From NCBI RefSeq assembly GCF_006345805.1, contig NC_043001.1, positions 32,984,001-33,048,000 of the forward strand: DNA of 64,000 nucleotides, written 5' to 3'. The stretch is from Octopus sinensis. Lineage: Eukaryota. Positions 24,180 through 39,844 of the stretch are shown here, in pieces; the first letter of the stretch is position 1, and each line of letters begins with the position of its first letter. The translations under genes were made by a program, and so were the position numbers. A model generated the notes under the pieces. The model did no database searches and had not been told where the DNA came from. It saw only the letters and a list, made by a program, of their open reading frames with translations.

Positions 24180-25150
24180 TAACGATCTCAATTCTCAGGC
24201 CTCAATATTTATCAAACTTTCTCTTTCTTTCATGATGATGTGTTGATCTCCTGGCATTGCCACGTTGATTATAAGGCACTCTTGTTTGTCCCTCCTTGAC
24301 GCTGCACAATATACAATATCGTGAGGTTGTTGATTGCAGATATTGTATCTACCGGGGGTAGGCACTCTTGTTTGTCCCTTCTAAATATTACCGTATCCGG
24401 CCTTCGGTGCTCTAACACCTTGTCTGTCTAGTATTCAAAGTCCCATCGCATCTTGCCTTCCTCTTTTCGTCCATTATCTTTTCCGGTGAATGTTGGTATT
24501 CAGCATTTGTTACCTCATATCCATACTTATGGTATATTAGCCAGTGGCAGTTTTGGGGCTACTTTATCGTGTCTACCCTTGTACTCTTTCTGCGCAAGAC
24601 TTTCACAAGCACTAACAATGTGAGTCATACTTTCGACCCACTTCCCACACATTCTGCAGAGGTCCGTTGCACTTGTGTGGTATATATTTTTTTCACTGAG
24701 TTGGTATACAATGCCTGGTCCTGGGCAGTGATGATTAGGCTTTCTGTATTATTTTTTAGGTCACCCTTCTTGAACCACCTCCATGATACTTCCTGGTCTT
24801 TTACTTTATTGGTTTATCATCATTATTATTGTTGTTGTTATTCAACATTTGATAGTTTCAGACAAATTTCTACTGAATCAGCTGCTACACCTCCGTGTTG
24901 CTAAGGTGTGTATGGCATTATGTGTTCTTTTTTGTTGTTGGGCGAGTGCAAACTCTTCCTGGTATTGTATTGCATCAGTTTCTTTTGCTATGGGGCCTAG
25001 TTCAGTATCATCCATATTTATATCAATATAAAAACCCCAGTTTGAGTGTACCTGCGGTATTTTCTACAAGCCCTATCGTTGAAGAAGTTTCAATTACCTT
25101 TGTGGAACAATATGTTCATCTTTTTATTGACTATTCTGTGCAACACAGCA
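24180..25150 (-). mobile_element. R4/Dong-clade LINE fragment (CCHC + restriction-like endonuclease), decayed
   Basis: SWRWFKKGDLKNNTESLIITAQDQAL..CRMCGKWVESMTHIVSACESLAQKEYKGRHDKVA..WDFEY*TDKVLEHRRPD..DVAMPGD..KEREKFDKY. Confidence 0.85.
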
Positions 25151-26055
25151 AAGCTTTATTAGAAAGATTTTTTTTTTATTTTCTCTCTCTCTTTCTCTCT
25201 TTCTCTGTCTCTCAGGAATAATCAAAAACTATCTCTTATATTCGGTATCAAATTTTATTAATTTAATATAGTATATATTTTTTTTTATGATTAAAGAGTG
25301 TCTACTTCAAAAATTCTGTTATATCTTGAGTTGATGCGATCCGGATTTAAATATAAATATCTGAAGGCATTCACGAAAAAATATTTCAAGATACGTGAAT
25401 TTTTTTCCGTTTTTTTTTTTTTTAAATTAACAAGTATTTTTAAAACTTTAGTGATAAGTATAGGATTAAAATATAGTCTGGTCTTCTAAATACTCTCATG
25501 TTAACAAAAGTACGGTCAATTTTACACTTGGGGAAACTTGGCCAGGCATGTAACGAGCTAAAATAATCCATATATAAAATTTAACTCTTTCAAATGGATT
25601 GGTAACTTCATTAATTCTTTTACAAGTATCCCTTAGATGTTTTAAATTGTTATATTATTCTTATCTAAGAAAGAACAAAAAAGAAATTCATGAAACTTTT
25701 GACATAATTTCCCTTCAAATGTGTAAAATTAGAGACACGATGACATTGAAATTAAGACTTTTCTGTTAAAAACTTTTCTTATATTAGTATTAGTACCTCA
25801 TGTTTACCAATGGGCTAAGGAAGAATAGACTTTCTAATCCCATTAAGTTTTCTAAGATACCGGTCTCCTTACCTGAATGAAATGATAACTCGTGTAGCAC
25901 TTTGTAAGAGTATTTTCCAATTGGTACAAAAAGATAGGAATAATATAATCGATAAAATCTTCATCATTAGGGATAATGTATATATTTATATATACGCGCG
26001 TGCGCGCGCGCGCGTGTGTGTGTGTATGTTATTCTTGTATAAGTATAATAAATTT

Positions 26056-26460
26056 AAGGATGCGAGCTGGCAGAACCGTTAGCACGCCGGGCGAAATGCT
26101 TTGCGGTATTTCGTCTGTCTTTAAGTTCTAAGTTCAAACTCCGCCGAAGTCGACTTTGCCTTTCATCTTTTCGGGGTCGATAAATTAAGTACCAGTTGCG
26201 CACTGGGGTCGATGTAATCAACTTAATCCGTTTGTCTTTCCTTGTTTGTCCCCGCTGTGTTTAGTCCCTTGTGGGTAGTAAAGAAATAGGTATTTCGTCT
26301 GTCTTTACGTTCTGAATTCCAACTCCGCCGAGGTCGACTTTGCCTTTCATCCTTCCGGAGTCGATAGATTAAGTACTAGTCGCGTACTGGCGTCGATCTA
26401 ATTGACTGGCCTCCTCCTCCAAAATTTCGGGCCTTGTGACTAGAATAGAAAAAAATAAGA
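26056..26460 (+). mobile_element. tRNA-derived Meta-domain-like SINE, dimeric
   Basis: Head gcgagctggcagaaccgttagc, two tandem bodies joined at 'gtagtaaagaaataggtatttcgtctg'. Confidence 0.85.
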
Positions 26461-26547
26461 ATAATATATTTGTATTCTACAAAATTAACCCATCAGATTT
26501 ATGTAAAATTGTTTCTTATAACTGAACATAAAGACAAATACCCCCCC

Positions 26548-26586
<39 letters not shown>

Positions 26587-26587
26587 G

Positions 26588-26638
<51 letters not shown>

Positions 26639-26656
26639 TATATAATATATATATAT

Positions 26657-26707
<51 letters not shown>

Positions 26708-27550
26708 TTATATATCAGGTATTATGTACTGCTACCTCTAAAAGAAGGAACCACTTGAAAGGTTGTTGAGATGAACAGTTCAACACCTCCCAGTGACTCG
26801 TGTTGTCATTCTCTAGAAATATTTCAGGTTTCATGCATGTTCATTTAAAAACAAACTAGAATAAGGTGTTTTTATAGGCGTTTGCTGTATGACAATTTTC
26901 GATTTGCAAAGCATTTTATTATCGGATTCTAAGAAGAATAAGCCCTAACCTAAAAAAAAAAGAAAAATATATGAATAATAAAATTTTCCTCTTGAACGTG
27001 TTAGAACGTTATAACTTCTCAGTCGTTCTCACTTGGAAATAAGTTAATGCTTTTCAGAAAACGAATAAAATTGGCAGGAAATAACGATGTGAGATGAGAT
27101 TAGATTAAAACAAAAAGATACAGATAACTCAATTTCTTTCGCTTTAATCCCCAAATGATTGACCACGAAAGAGATGAATTTTTCAAAAGACTTCACACAG
27201 CCAGATGCTGATATGAAGGTACAAAATGAAATGAGATTCCTGGAACAATTGTATTTAAGACGTCGTTGGTAATCAACATGTTATCATTTGCCAAGACGTA
27301 AAAAGAAACCTGGCATGGAAATATAGCCACACGGATTGTCAGGTAGTCGTCGTTTAGAAGAATCCTACTTAATTCGGTGCATGCTAAAGGTTGAGTTGAA
27401 GAAAGATCTCAGAAATTCACATCTTCGGATAAGACGAATGCTAATTAGTTTTCTACTACAATGATACTGAATAATACCAAACTGTGGTCTTGAATCTGGT
27501 GTAATTAAGGCAGAATGTCGTTTCCAATAATGAGTTTAGTATCAAAACAT

Positions 27551-27872
27551 GTGGAGGCACAATGGCCTAGTGGTTAGGGCAGCGGACTCGCGGTCGTAGG
27601 ATCGCGGTTTCGATTCCCAGACCGGGCGTTGTGAGTGTTTATTCAGCGAAAAACATGTAAAGTTCCACGAGGCTCCGGCAAGGGGTGTTGGCGATCCCTA
27701 CTGTACTCTTTCGCCACAACTTTCTCTCACTCTTTCTTCTGTTCGCCTGGTCGCTTAGCCAGCGGGGTGGCGTCATTTGAACCCTAACACTAACCATAAA
27801 ACAATGCGAAGCGCATTGTGACAAGCCATGTGTACCAACATCTGATGGCCTGGTCGATCACGTGATCACGTG
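27551..27872 (+). mobile_element. tRNA-derived SINE family B, tail type 2
   Basis: Same head/body as 12046 and 44868 copies; ends (cacgtgat)2; 10-bp TSD atcaaaacat at 27541-27550 and 27873-27882. Confidence 0.9.
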
Positions 27873-27973
27873 ATCAAAACATAACTGGGGAATAAAGTTA
27901 GAATGTGTGTCAAGAGTTTAGTAGATGTACGTGAAAAACTATGTGTACACGCTATAGATGTGAGTGAGTATAC

Positions 27974-28103
27974 CTTAGCCTCTTCATCGCCCGTCGCAAT
28001 GCTGCGAGCGTGCTGGCTTGCTTCAGTAGGTTCCGTAGAACCTTGTGATGTACGACCACTTGAAGCACTTGGTGCTGTATTGTTGAGGTTTTTTTCTCCT
28101 TCC
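27974..28103 (-). CDS. Candidate internal coding exon of an unidentified host gene (130 nt)
   Basis: Acceptor ccatttcag|G, donor AAG|gtatac; frame EGEKNLNNTAPSASSGRTSQGSTEPTEASQHARSIATGDEEAK with A/T-ending codons; non-repetitive, GC-richer than flanks. A second frame is also open. Confidence 0.45.
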
Positions 28104-28344
28104 CTGAAATGGTTTCAGTACAGTTTTTGGCGAAAGATTTGGAAGGATTAGAAGACAGTTCTCCGGTAATTTTCTTTCATATAAAGAAATGTTTATGCTT
28201 ATTTAAGAATTTGTCAGCAAACTCTTATAAAATGACAATGTTCTAAAAGATGAACATTTAGTTGTGAAATTTGGGAGTATTGTGTATGTAGATATACAAA
28301 CAAACATACACGTATACAATATCATTCTTACATGGAAAAGAGTG

Positions 28345-28435
28345 AAAGTGATTTCGAAGTTTAGGCTTACTTGCCGCTATCAGATTGTCTGAGGATGGCA
28401 GGCAGACCGAAGCGCGAAACTTCGAAGTCATAGCT
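28345..28435. ncRNA. Head-to-head pair of hammerhead motifs (plus copy with GUC site, minus copy decayed)
   Basis: Plus: ttgt-CTGAGGA (28389-28395)-tggc..gcgc-GAAAC-TTCGAA-GTC-atag. Minus: CTGATAG-cGGC-aagtaa-GCC-TAAAC-TTCGAA-ATC. Inversion centre tcaga-ttg-tctga. Confidence 0.55.
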
Positions 28436-28897
28436 AACCGTTTCCTTGTAAAACTTTTGCGTAATCCTTAAGTTTAATGTTAATATCATTAAATGTTTTT
28501 TATATATAACTTGACATAAAAATCAAGTCTTTACACAAACAAACACACACACACTCACACACAAACAAACATACACATACACATATATAAATATATATAT
28601 GTGGATGGTTGGACCTGTAGTCCCTACGTTCTGGTTATCTCTATTTGCAGATTTTTATATTTCAGATTATTACTCAATATAAACATATGATCTGGTCTTC
28701 TTTTGGAAGTGATACGTCTAGCAAAAGCTACTTCACTCCCAGAACGCCTTTGATCATATCTAACTGAACTGTTTTCATCTTTCTGTGTGAATAATAATAA
28801 TTTTAATCTTCCTATATTAATGATCAGTCTCATAGATATTTTGTTTTGCTTATCTCAGCCAGCCTTTTATGTTTTCAGTAAGTGCTGGTGTTGGTGT

Positions 28898-28968
<71 letters not shown>

Positions 28969-29039
28969 CCAACATCATCATCATTATCATCATCAACATC
29001 ATCGTCATCAGTATCATCATCATTATAATAATAATAATT

Positions 29040-29142
29040 TCGCCAGTCGCTACGTTCTGAGTTCAAATTCTGCCGAGGTCGATTTTACCTTTCATCGTTC
29101 GGGGTCCATGAAATAAGCACCAGTTGAACAGTGGGATCGATG
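29040..29142 (+). mobile_element. Meta-domain-like SINE fragment
   Basis: 'acgttctgagttcaaattctgccgaggtcgattttacctttcatcgttcggggtc' followed by (TAA)n. Confidence 0.75.
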
Positions 29143-29164
29143 TAATAATAATAATAATAATAAT

Positions 29165-29195
<31 letters not shown>

Positions 29196-29224
29196 TAACA
29201 ATAATAATTGGCTTCAAAGCTGAA

Positions 29225-29420
29225 TGCTAGAAACAATTTCGGCAATAAACACGCGCGCAGTTTCAGTGGTTCGGTATGGCGCTGGAATCTTGAAGTGGAC
29301 AAAGAGGAGCTAAAGGAGATAGATATGAAGCCAAGAAAGCCTCCTAACGATGTATGGAATCCATCATCCACGTGCAGACACTTATCGCCTGCACATGAGG
29401 AAGGGGACTAATAAATGTGG
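29225..29420 (+). mobile_element. R4/Dong LINE fragment (post-RT region)
   Basis: INTRAVSVVRYGAGILKWTKEELKEID..MYGIHHPRADTYRLHMRKG across frames; preceded by (TAA)n at 29143-29208. Confidence 0.75.
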
Positions 29421-30530
29421 AATTAGGGTTGGAGTTGAACTGTTTGTTTTATTCAAAGAAATGTTGGTTGCAATCTTTTGCTGTATTAGTGTTTGTATTT
29501 TGTGTTGTGTGTATAATGCAAGTAGTGTTCTTCTGTTGGGTATCAAGCCTGTTTGTGGTTGTTTATTTTATTGGATATTTGCTTTATAGAGTGAGTCTTA
29601 TATTTGCGGATTGCTTTCTTTGAGTTATTTCATAGCTCGTTTGTCATGGTGTCTGTCATTTTGATTATTGTTGTTTTGTGTTTGAGTATTTGTTTGTCTA
29701 TGTGTGTTGTTGGTTTCCTGTGCTATACTATTTATTTCTGGCGTATGAGGCTTTTTAAAGATTTTACTCTCGCTTAGCCTTGTATTCACTTTATGCATTG
29801 TTACATCTGTTGTACTCCTTTCTTTCGTGGGATTTTATTTCAATTCAAAGATATAATGCGTGATAAGCTATATTTGCTTTGTTGTAGCTCATTGTCTTGA
29901 GTTTTGATAGGTTTTGTTATATTTTCAGTGTGTATTTTTTCTACTAATTTGTCTGTTTCGTTTTTGGGCTCCTTTCCCTCCCATATAATATATTGCCGGA
30001 TATTTGAAAGAGTGCTTTCCGAATGTTTTTTCCTAATTTCAATATTTCTTCTCCTCCATATTTCATATGTTACTTTTATTAGGCGCATGGCTCAGTGGTT
30101 AGAGCGTCGAGCTTACGATTGTGAGGTTGTGAGCTCGAATCCCGGACCGGGCTGCGTGTTGTGTTCTTGAGCAAGGCACTTTATTTCACGTTGCTCCAGT
30201 TCACTCAGCTGTAGAAATGAGTTGCGACGTCACTGGTGCCAAGCTGTATCGACCTTTGTCTTTCCCTTGGATAACACTGGTGGCGTGGAGAGGGGAGGCT
30301 GGTATGCATGGGCGACTGCTGGTCTTCCATAAACAACCTTACCCGGACTTGTGTCTAGGAGGGTAACTTTCTAGGTGCAATCCCATGGTCATTCATGACA
30401 GAAGGGGGTCTTTACCCTTACTTTTATTATCTCTGTGTGTTTTGGGTATAATTTTGCAGTGTAGACTGCACATAGTACTCCAATGTAGTCGTCATCTGTC
30501 CACCGTTCTCTTTTTGTTTTATTTTTCGCT
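29420..30530 (-). mobile_element. R4/Dong LINE N-terminal ORF fragment interrupted by a SINE
   Basis: After removing the SINE and one TSD copy the frame reads RERWTDDDYIGVLCAVYTAKLYPKHTEIIKVTYEIWRRRN..LSNIRQYI, resembling the WT...TY.IWR.RN N-terminus of this clade. Confidence 0.65.
30082..30417 (+). mobile_element. tRNA/CORE SINE with 12-bp TSD
   Basis: TGGCTCAGTGG / GAGCTCGAATCCC boxes, CORE-like 'ttcttgagcaaggcacttt', TSD ttacttttatta at 30070-30081 and 30418-30429. Confidence 0.92.
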
Positions 30531-31139
30531 TAGGCAGTGTCATCAAGTGACGTGTCTGTCAGTTCAGCGTTAACTTTTTAACAGAACACCGTCTCTGGAA
30601 GTATTTGAAACTTCCTTCGTATCGTGAGGGCTCAAGACTCACAGATCGAAGTTTACATCTATTTGTTTTGATAGTTTTATTACCGAACACATCTGCTTTT
30701 TTTCTCTCCAATTAAAATGAGACGTGTTACAGTTTATATTTATTATCATTTCTCTCTTTTATGTTGTTTGAACTCTGGGTGTTCTATGTTGTGAAAGGCT
30801 GTACGTGACGTGTGTGAACAGTATAAACATTACAGTTATGTGTATATGTTTAGAAATGAGAACCCATATGAGATTAATATTTGTACTAACAGATTTTTTA
30901 TAGGGAGATCGTATTTTCGCGTGTTGTTTAACTTGCTATATAAGTATATCGCATCTCCACGTGTTGTTTACATTCTTACACACGTGCTTTGCTGAGACAA
31001 CATGCCCGGCAGCGAATATGTTTCATGTAGGAGAGAAAAATTTCGGCGCCCTGAAATTACTTACAATAAGGAACATTTTTTCTTCATTTCTTTGCAGTTT
31101 CTTAAATTTTGTGTTGCGATAACCACAGATTTAATCCCA

Positions 31140-33863
<2,724 letters not shown>

Positions 33864-34541
33864 GCTATCAAAGAGAACCTAATGATAAAAAAAGGTAGAC
33901 CCTCAACACTCTAAATAACTTTACTGATTCATAAGCACGTTATTTTCAAATAATTATCCATTACCACCTCTGTGACTCCAAAAATCGAAGACAGGTTTCA
34001 TGCAGCGAAAGAAGAAATTCAAAATGACGCTTCATGACGTGTAACATTCCACATATCTTTTAAAAATGGTATTCTAATTGTATAAAAATTCGCATGAATC
34101 TGAAATCAAGCAAACTGAATTAATGTAGCGCATCCCTACAGTGTCATGAATTCCAATGAAACAAATTTATGAATGTATAGCCGCCATTAGGCGTCGGCGT
34201 CTAAACGGCAAATGACGTCGGAAGATTATTAGAGAGTTTGCTGTTTTAGTAGGAAGGAATTCAACTCGAAATTTGTACCATATTAAATGTGAATGTGGAA
34301 GTTCATGTACGTGTTTAGGAAAACGTATGTGAGTCACCATGGTCGTGACCAAGTGGCTGAAATCCCTAAAACAGTCAAATCAATACTGTCGCCATGTTGT
34401 TGAATTAATACGTCACTTTGTCTTCAACTGAATATTTCTTATAAGCGAGAATTCCGTTAAGTTAAAATACATTAGTTTTGAGTTATTCCAGTGGATCTTT
34501 GGTGGGTGAGGGTAGTAGAGAAATTTGATTGTATCCCCCCC

Positions 34542-34596
<55 letters not shown>

Positions 34597-34609
34597 GACA
34601 ATATCATAC

Positions 34610-34870
34610 AAGCCAGACTCTTCAATAGTAGCAACCTGTTTGCGCTTTTTATATGTAAGCGAGACGTGAGCTACTTGGAAGAGGATTGAACATCGATAGC
34701 CCACGACACAAACGGCCATGGAAAGATCTATGCTGGGAATATCATGCCGGGAATATCATTACGAGATCAAATTCGAAATGAGATAATTGCAGAGAGGAGC
34801 GCACTGAACGATGTCTTCACAGGGAATCAAAAGCGCCAATTTTTTGGGGTTGGGTATGTCAAAAGACTCA
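34610..34870 (+). mobile_element. RTE-clade LINE fragment
   Basis: LLYVSET*AT..TQTAMERSMLGI..SLRDQIRNEIIAERS pattern. Confidence 0.8.
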
Positions 34871-34959
34871 CAGAGAACGATATTTAATATATATGTGTGC
34901 GTGTGTGTATACATACATATATAAATATATGTATATATTTATGTGCGTGTGTACATATT

Positions 34960-35365
34960 TTTACTTTTTTACTCTTTTATTTGTTTCAGTCATTTGACTG
35001 GGGCCATGCTGGAGCATCGCCTTTAGTCGAGCAAATCGACCTGAGGACTTATTCCTTGTAAGCCTAGTACTTATTCTATCGTTCTCTCTTGCCGAACCGC
35101 TAAGTTACGGGGACGTAAACACACCAGCATCGGTTGTCAAGCGATGTTGGAGTGACAAGCACAGAGACACAAACATATACACACATACATATATATATAT
35201 ACATATATACGACAGGTTTCTTTCGGTTTCGTCTACCAAATCCACTCGCAAGGCTTTGGTCGGCCCGAGGCTATAGTAGAAGACACTTGCCCATGGTGCC
35301 ACGTAGTGGGACTGAACCCAGAACCATGGTAAGCAAGCTACTTACCACACATCCACTCCTGCGTG
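34960..35365 (-). mobile_element. tRNA/CORE SINE family A, near full length
   Basis: Head caggagtggatgtgtggtaag..ggttctgggttcagtccc, CORE-like segment, internal microsatellite, shared tail. Confidence 0.9.
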
Positions 35366-35424
35366 TACATACATATATACATACACACGCATGCATGCAC
35401 ACATTATATACATACATACATACA

Positions 35425-35458
<34 letters not shown>

Positions 35459-36158
35459 CATACATACGCATATACATATATATATATATATCTCTAGGTG
35501 TGTGCGTGTATGTGTGTTTGTGTGCATGAATCTTCTTGTAAACGATGGAGAGGTTTATAACGACATTGAAGTTTCTCCTTAGCTGCTTCCATTAGATAGT
35601 ATCCTATCTCCCGCCTTCAGTTTGCCTCCATTCAGTTCAGATCAACAGAGCCTCTCCACTCTCCAAATGTACTTCGACGTGATCTTGTCTTTTGACTCGT
35701 CCTTCGCTAATATTCTTATCATCCAGAAGTTCTCGGCCATTGTTGTCGGCTTTACGTCTTCTCGTCATTTCATGGACAGCGCTTTTATCTAGACAAAACG
35801 ACGTGGAGATATCTTGTGAGAAAATAAGCACGACCTGGACAAGTGATTGAAGTTAACTCCTTGCTCGTAAATCTTTGAATCGAACACTAAAGTGGAAGTA
35901 GTTAATTGGTCTTAAGTTCTGCAGTCTGTAATCAGAAAACTATGAGACTAATGTAGAATTCTATTTTGTGTTTAAACAGAAAAAAAATATATATATATCT
36001 ATAGATTTCGTCCCTGATGTGTCTAATTGCGACCGAGAGAGAAAGACAAGGCTGGGGAAAAGAGATTCTCAGACGTATAGGTAGCTAGTTGGATAAATAT
36101 AGATAAGTAGATAGACACACAAACGGAATAGATTACATTAGATTACATTAGATTAGAT

Positions 36159-36209
<51 letters not shown>

Positions 36210-36235
36210 GTAGGTAGGTATATATATATATATAT

Positions 36236-36357
<122 letters not shown>

Positions 36358-37780
36358 GGAGATGGAAAGTGTTAAAACGTAAGACAGTATCAGTTGGTGA
36401 GTTAGAAGATAAAAAGATTGAGATAAGAAGAAAAACAGTCTGATATTTCATGGGCATGTATGTGTGTGCGCACGCGTGTGGACACACACACATACATACA
36501 CACATACACTCACACATATATACGCACATTTATATGCATCATATTGCCTTCATTGATTTCTTATCTCTTTCTACTTCTTTTCCTGTCCACGTATTTTTTT
36601 ATATCTTATTCCCTGTTGATAGGTTTTCACCCCCCCCATACACACGTACCTATATATGTAATATATTATATCTACGTATATGTATACATACACACACACA
36701 CGCATATGTATATCTGTATGTTGCTTTCAACAAACAGAAGACGTCATACTTGCCATCATATTCCTCTTCATCATGATCGGCATAAAATAACTCATTGTCA
36801 TATCTTCCATCAACAGGAATAATGCCTCCAAAACCTCAACAACCCACACGTTTTCATCAAAATTATCCCTGCCAAATCAAAGAGAGAACCTTTATAAAAC
36901 AAAAAGCCAAACTTGATTCATAACTCACATTGCTTTGTGTTATTTGTAACGTATTTTGCTGTTGAGAATTCCCCGCCCAAGGACTATGGGAAACCATGAT
37001 GGATCTTGCATATTGTGGTGGTAGCTTAAATAGTAAAGTGCTGATTAATGTCGTACAGTATTGATATTACTCGTCAGAATAATACTCGTAATGCAATATT
37101 AACTTTTCAAATAGTTATAACAGTCTTCTGAATATTTTCGAATTTGCACCCGTGTGAGATATCATTATTTTTGCTCTCGTTGGCTCTCTTCTACATGGTA
37201 GCTTGATTTACAAGAAATAACACTATATTTTCCTTAAATTATTTTCTACCATATTAGAAAAAACTGGGTATTCTGAGCCTTGTAGTCCTAGATGTAGAAA
37301 TGAAAAAAAGATTTAATCATTACATTTGAAATAATTTTGCTCATAGCTGAAGAACGACGGGAAAATTTTCCAAATATATTTTGCAGTACACTATATTTAT
37401 GGCTTCATCTTACTAAAATCATTCGAAATATTTCTTCTATTTTTTTTTGGCTAATAATAAAAAGTCAATTTTCAAAATAAACATTATCGCATGAACACAT
37501 TTCTCGAAGTAATATAAAAAATAGAATTTTTTTTTAAAACAGCGAGATATTTTTGTTGACTTAAGCAATAAATTTTTCTACAAGATATTTCGAGCTGAAG
37601 GTATGGCGTAGTGAACTACGTAACTGAAGTTTTCATTTTTATTTTTGTCTTCATTAGAATATTCATTCTTACATTACTTATCTCCAGGTTAGACCTGACT
37701 GAGTTGATCTATGACCGAAAATAATTTAATTTCCTTCCTATTAACTTATATTCTAACACTTCATTAATCTAAGACTACAT

Positions 37781-38142
37781 CAGTGGTTCTCTACTGGAAG
37801 CCATATGACCACTGGTGGTCGATATAAGATTGGGCAGGGTGGGCACGCCCGCAAAATAGTAAATTGAAGATCCATAGTAGTATTTTAAGGGTCCATAAAA
37901 AAATTTTGCTCACCTTGTATTTATTTCCAGAAACAGCTAGGTTTTAAAGCTTAACGTGTTTCCAGTCACTGAGACGTTCTCTGGGGGAGAACTATTGCAA
38001 ATCTACAAAAGTGGATGTGTGAAAAGCAAAATAGAAATTTTGAAACAAGTATCTGCAAAACATCGTATAGATCTGGTGTCCACCAGAATAAGCTAGTAAA
38101 CAAGGGGTTCGTAGATAGAAAAAAAATGGTTACAAACCATTG
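37781..38142. mobile_element. Old hAT-type MITE
   Basis: Termini cagtggttctc / acaaaccattg (degenerate CAGTGGTTCTC TIR); 8-bp flanks gactacat / gaatacac (6/8 identical). Confidence 0.6.
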
Positions 38143-39844
38143 GAATACACTATTTAAAGAATCGCACTATTCCGAAAAGCATAGAGCGTTATTATTTTTT
38201 GTGTATTCAGTAGAGTTTGTCATAAAAAGGTATTATATAACCAAATGGTGGTAGTGGCGGCGGTGGCGGCGGTAGTGGTGGTGGAGGTAGTGGTGGTGGT
38301 GGTGGTGGTGGTGGTGGTGGTGGTGGTGGTGGTATGATAATGATGATGATGATGATGATGATGAGGAGGAGGAGGAGGAGGAGGATATTGTGTAGGATAA
38401 TATTATAGCAAAAACGATGGCGTATACGTGATAATATCGCCGTGTATAAAAGTACTTATTTTGCATCTCCGTTTTTTTTTTCATAAGAGTTCACTAGCTA
38501 CAGTTTCTATGTGTTGATTTGCATTTGCCTTTCTTTCTTCTTATAGTTGTTATTGTTGTTATCGCCCTCGTTGATATCAAGCAAGATATAGCATATGCAA
38601 AACCTGGTATTTGAGTCAATTTGTTGGAAGAAATCAATATAAACTTCATTTATCTATTAATGTCCATTCTGTTTTCAGTTTTCACTTATTCAGACTAGTA
38701 GAAGTCATTTTATCACTTTCAACTTCATAGAAACACTAAACATTATCTCCAACCAATTCAAGAGCTTTGTTAATATTGTAGCATGCTTAGTACCGTTTTT
38801 CCTTTTGTTCATTATTATTGTAGTTCAACTTAAACGGCATTTGCCTTTGTTGTCCGTTTACATGTGTACACTGTCACCGGACTCAAACCAAACAAGGCTC
38901 TATTGAATCTATATTGTCGATAATCTGCTGATTAAATCGTTTGCTAGATTACTGAGTAATCAAACACTCATTTTCGAGTTCAAGTAGGACAGAACAGATA
39001 TAAATATTAATGCAGTTTTCCGATGCAGATGGTGTGTTCTCTTTCAAAGACATTGATTAAAAAAAGAAAAAAAAAACGATCCCGCTATCTTATGACAGCA
39101 TATTGGCAGTGTATTTTCTTTCTCACTTCTTTTATTCATTTTATTTTAAACTTTTTATGCTTTATACATGTATCCGATTTCAATATTTCTATTCTATTAT
39201 CTCAGTATGATATATCATACATATGTTTCTGTTATCTCATTGTATATATATCATTGAGATCAACTTCTGACAGCAAGATGTTGCAATTAGGTTTCGAATC
39301 AAGATTGTTGTACCTCTGTTTTAATTAAGCACATAATTACTTCCAGAAAAGCAGTCCAGGATGTTACACGAATTAATTTCAACTTTCCTATAAACTTGAT
39401 ATCGTGAGTCTGTAATATATATATACATTACAATTGCATCTGACAAAACCATCTGTTGCAAATGAAGGGGTAAGTCGATTGTATCGACTTAGTGTGCAAT
39501 GTGTTGTTAGAATTTGATCTATGGACAAATAAATATGTGGAAATTTTACTGGTGAGTGTTTTAAATTCTAAGGCAACAAAAGAGAATGACTCTCCCCAGA
39601 CACAACAGAATATGCTTCAACACACGAACTCACATAAAGAATCTTGCAAACCAAATCCAAAAACGCAATAAAAAAGTTTCTTTTTCATATATTCCGGAGG
39701 TAAAAAAACAGTGCCCTTTACAGAACTTCCAGACTTGGGGAAAGGATGACATTCTGAAACCAGAGTCCTGGCCTGAATACTTACAACAGAGTGGACAGCG
39801 CAAAAGGCAGCCAAGGTGCTAGGTGATGACGTTAACTCCATGAA

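Noticed and set aside
28674-28782. Minus-strand exon KDENSSVRYDQRRSGSEVAFARR
   Set aside because: Plausible acceptor but only weak donors, with phase not matching the preferred frame of the next candidate; left uncalled.
30082-30155. tRNA genes (also 12046, 27551, 43105, 45180-45254)
   Set aside because: tRNA-like heads run into SINE bodies, acceptor stems are incomplete, and four of the five are bounded by TSDs.
30541-30700. HDV-like ribozyme upstream of the Dong N-terminus
   Set aside because: Two small hairpins are visible but I could not build the nested double pseudoknot.
35560-35900. GC-richer unique block, possible RTE 3' end or exon
   Set aside because: Similarity to RTE C-terminal motifs is too weak and no splice-consistent frame was found.
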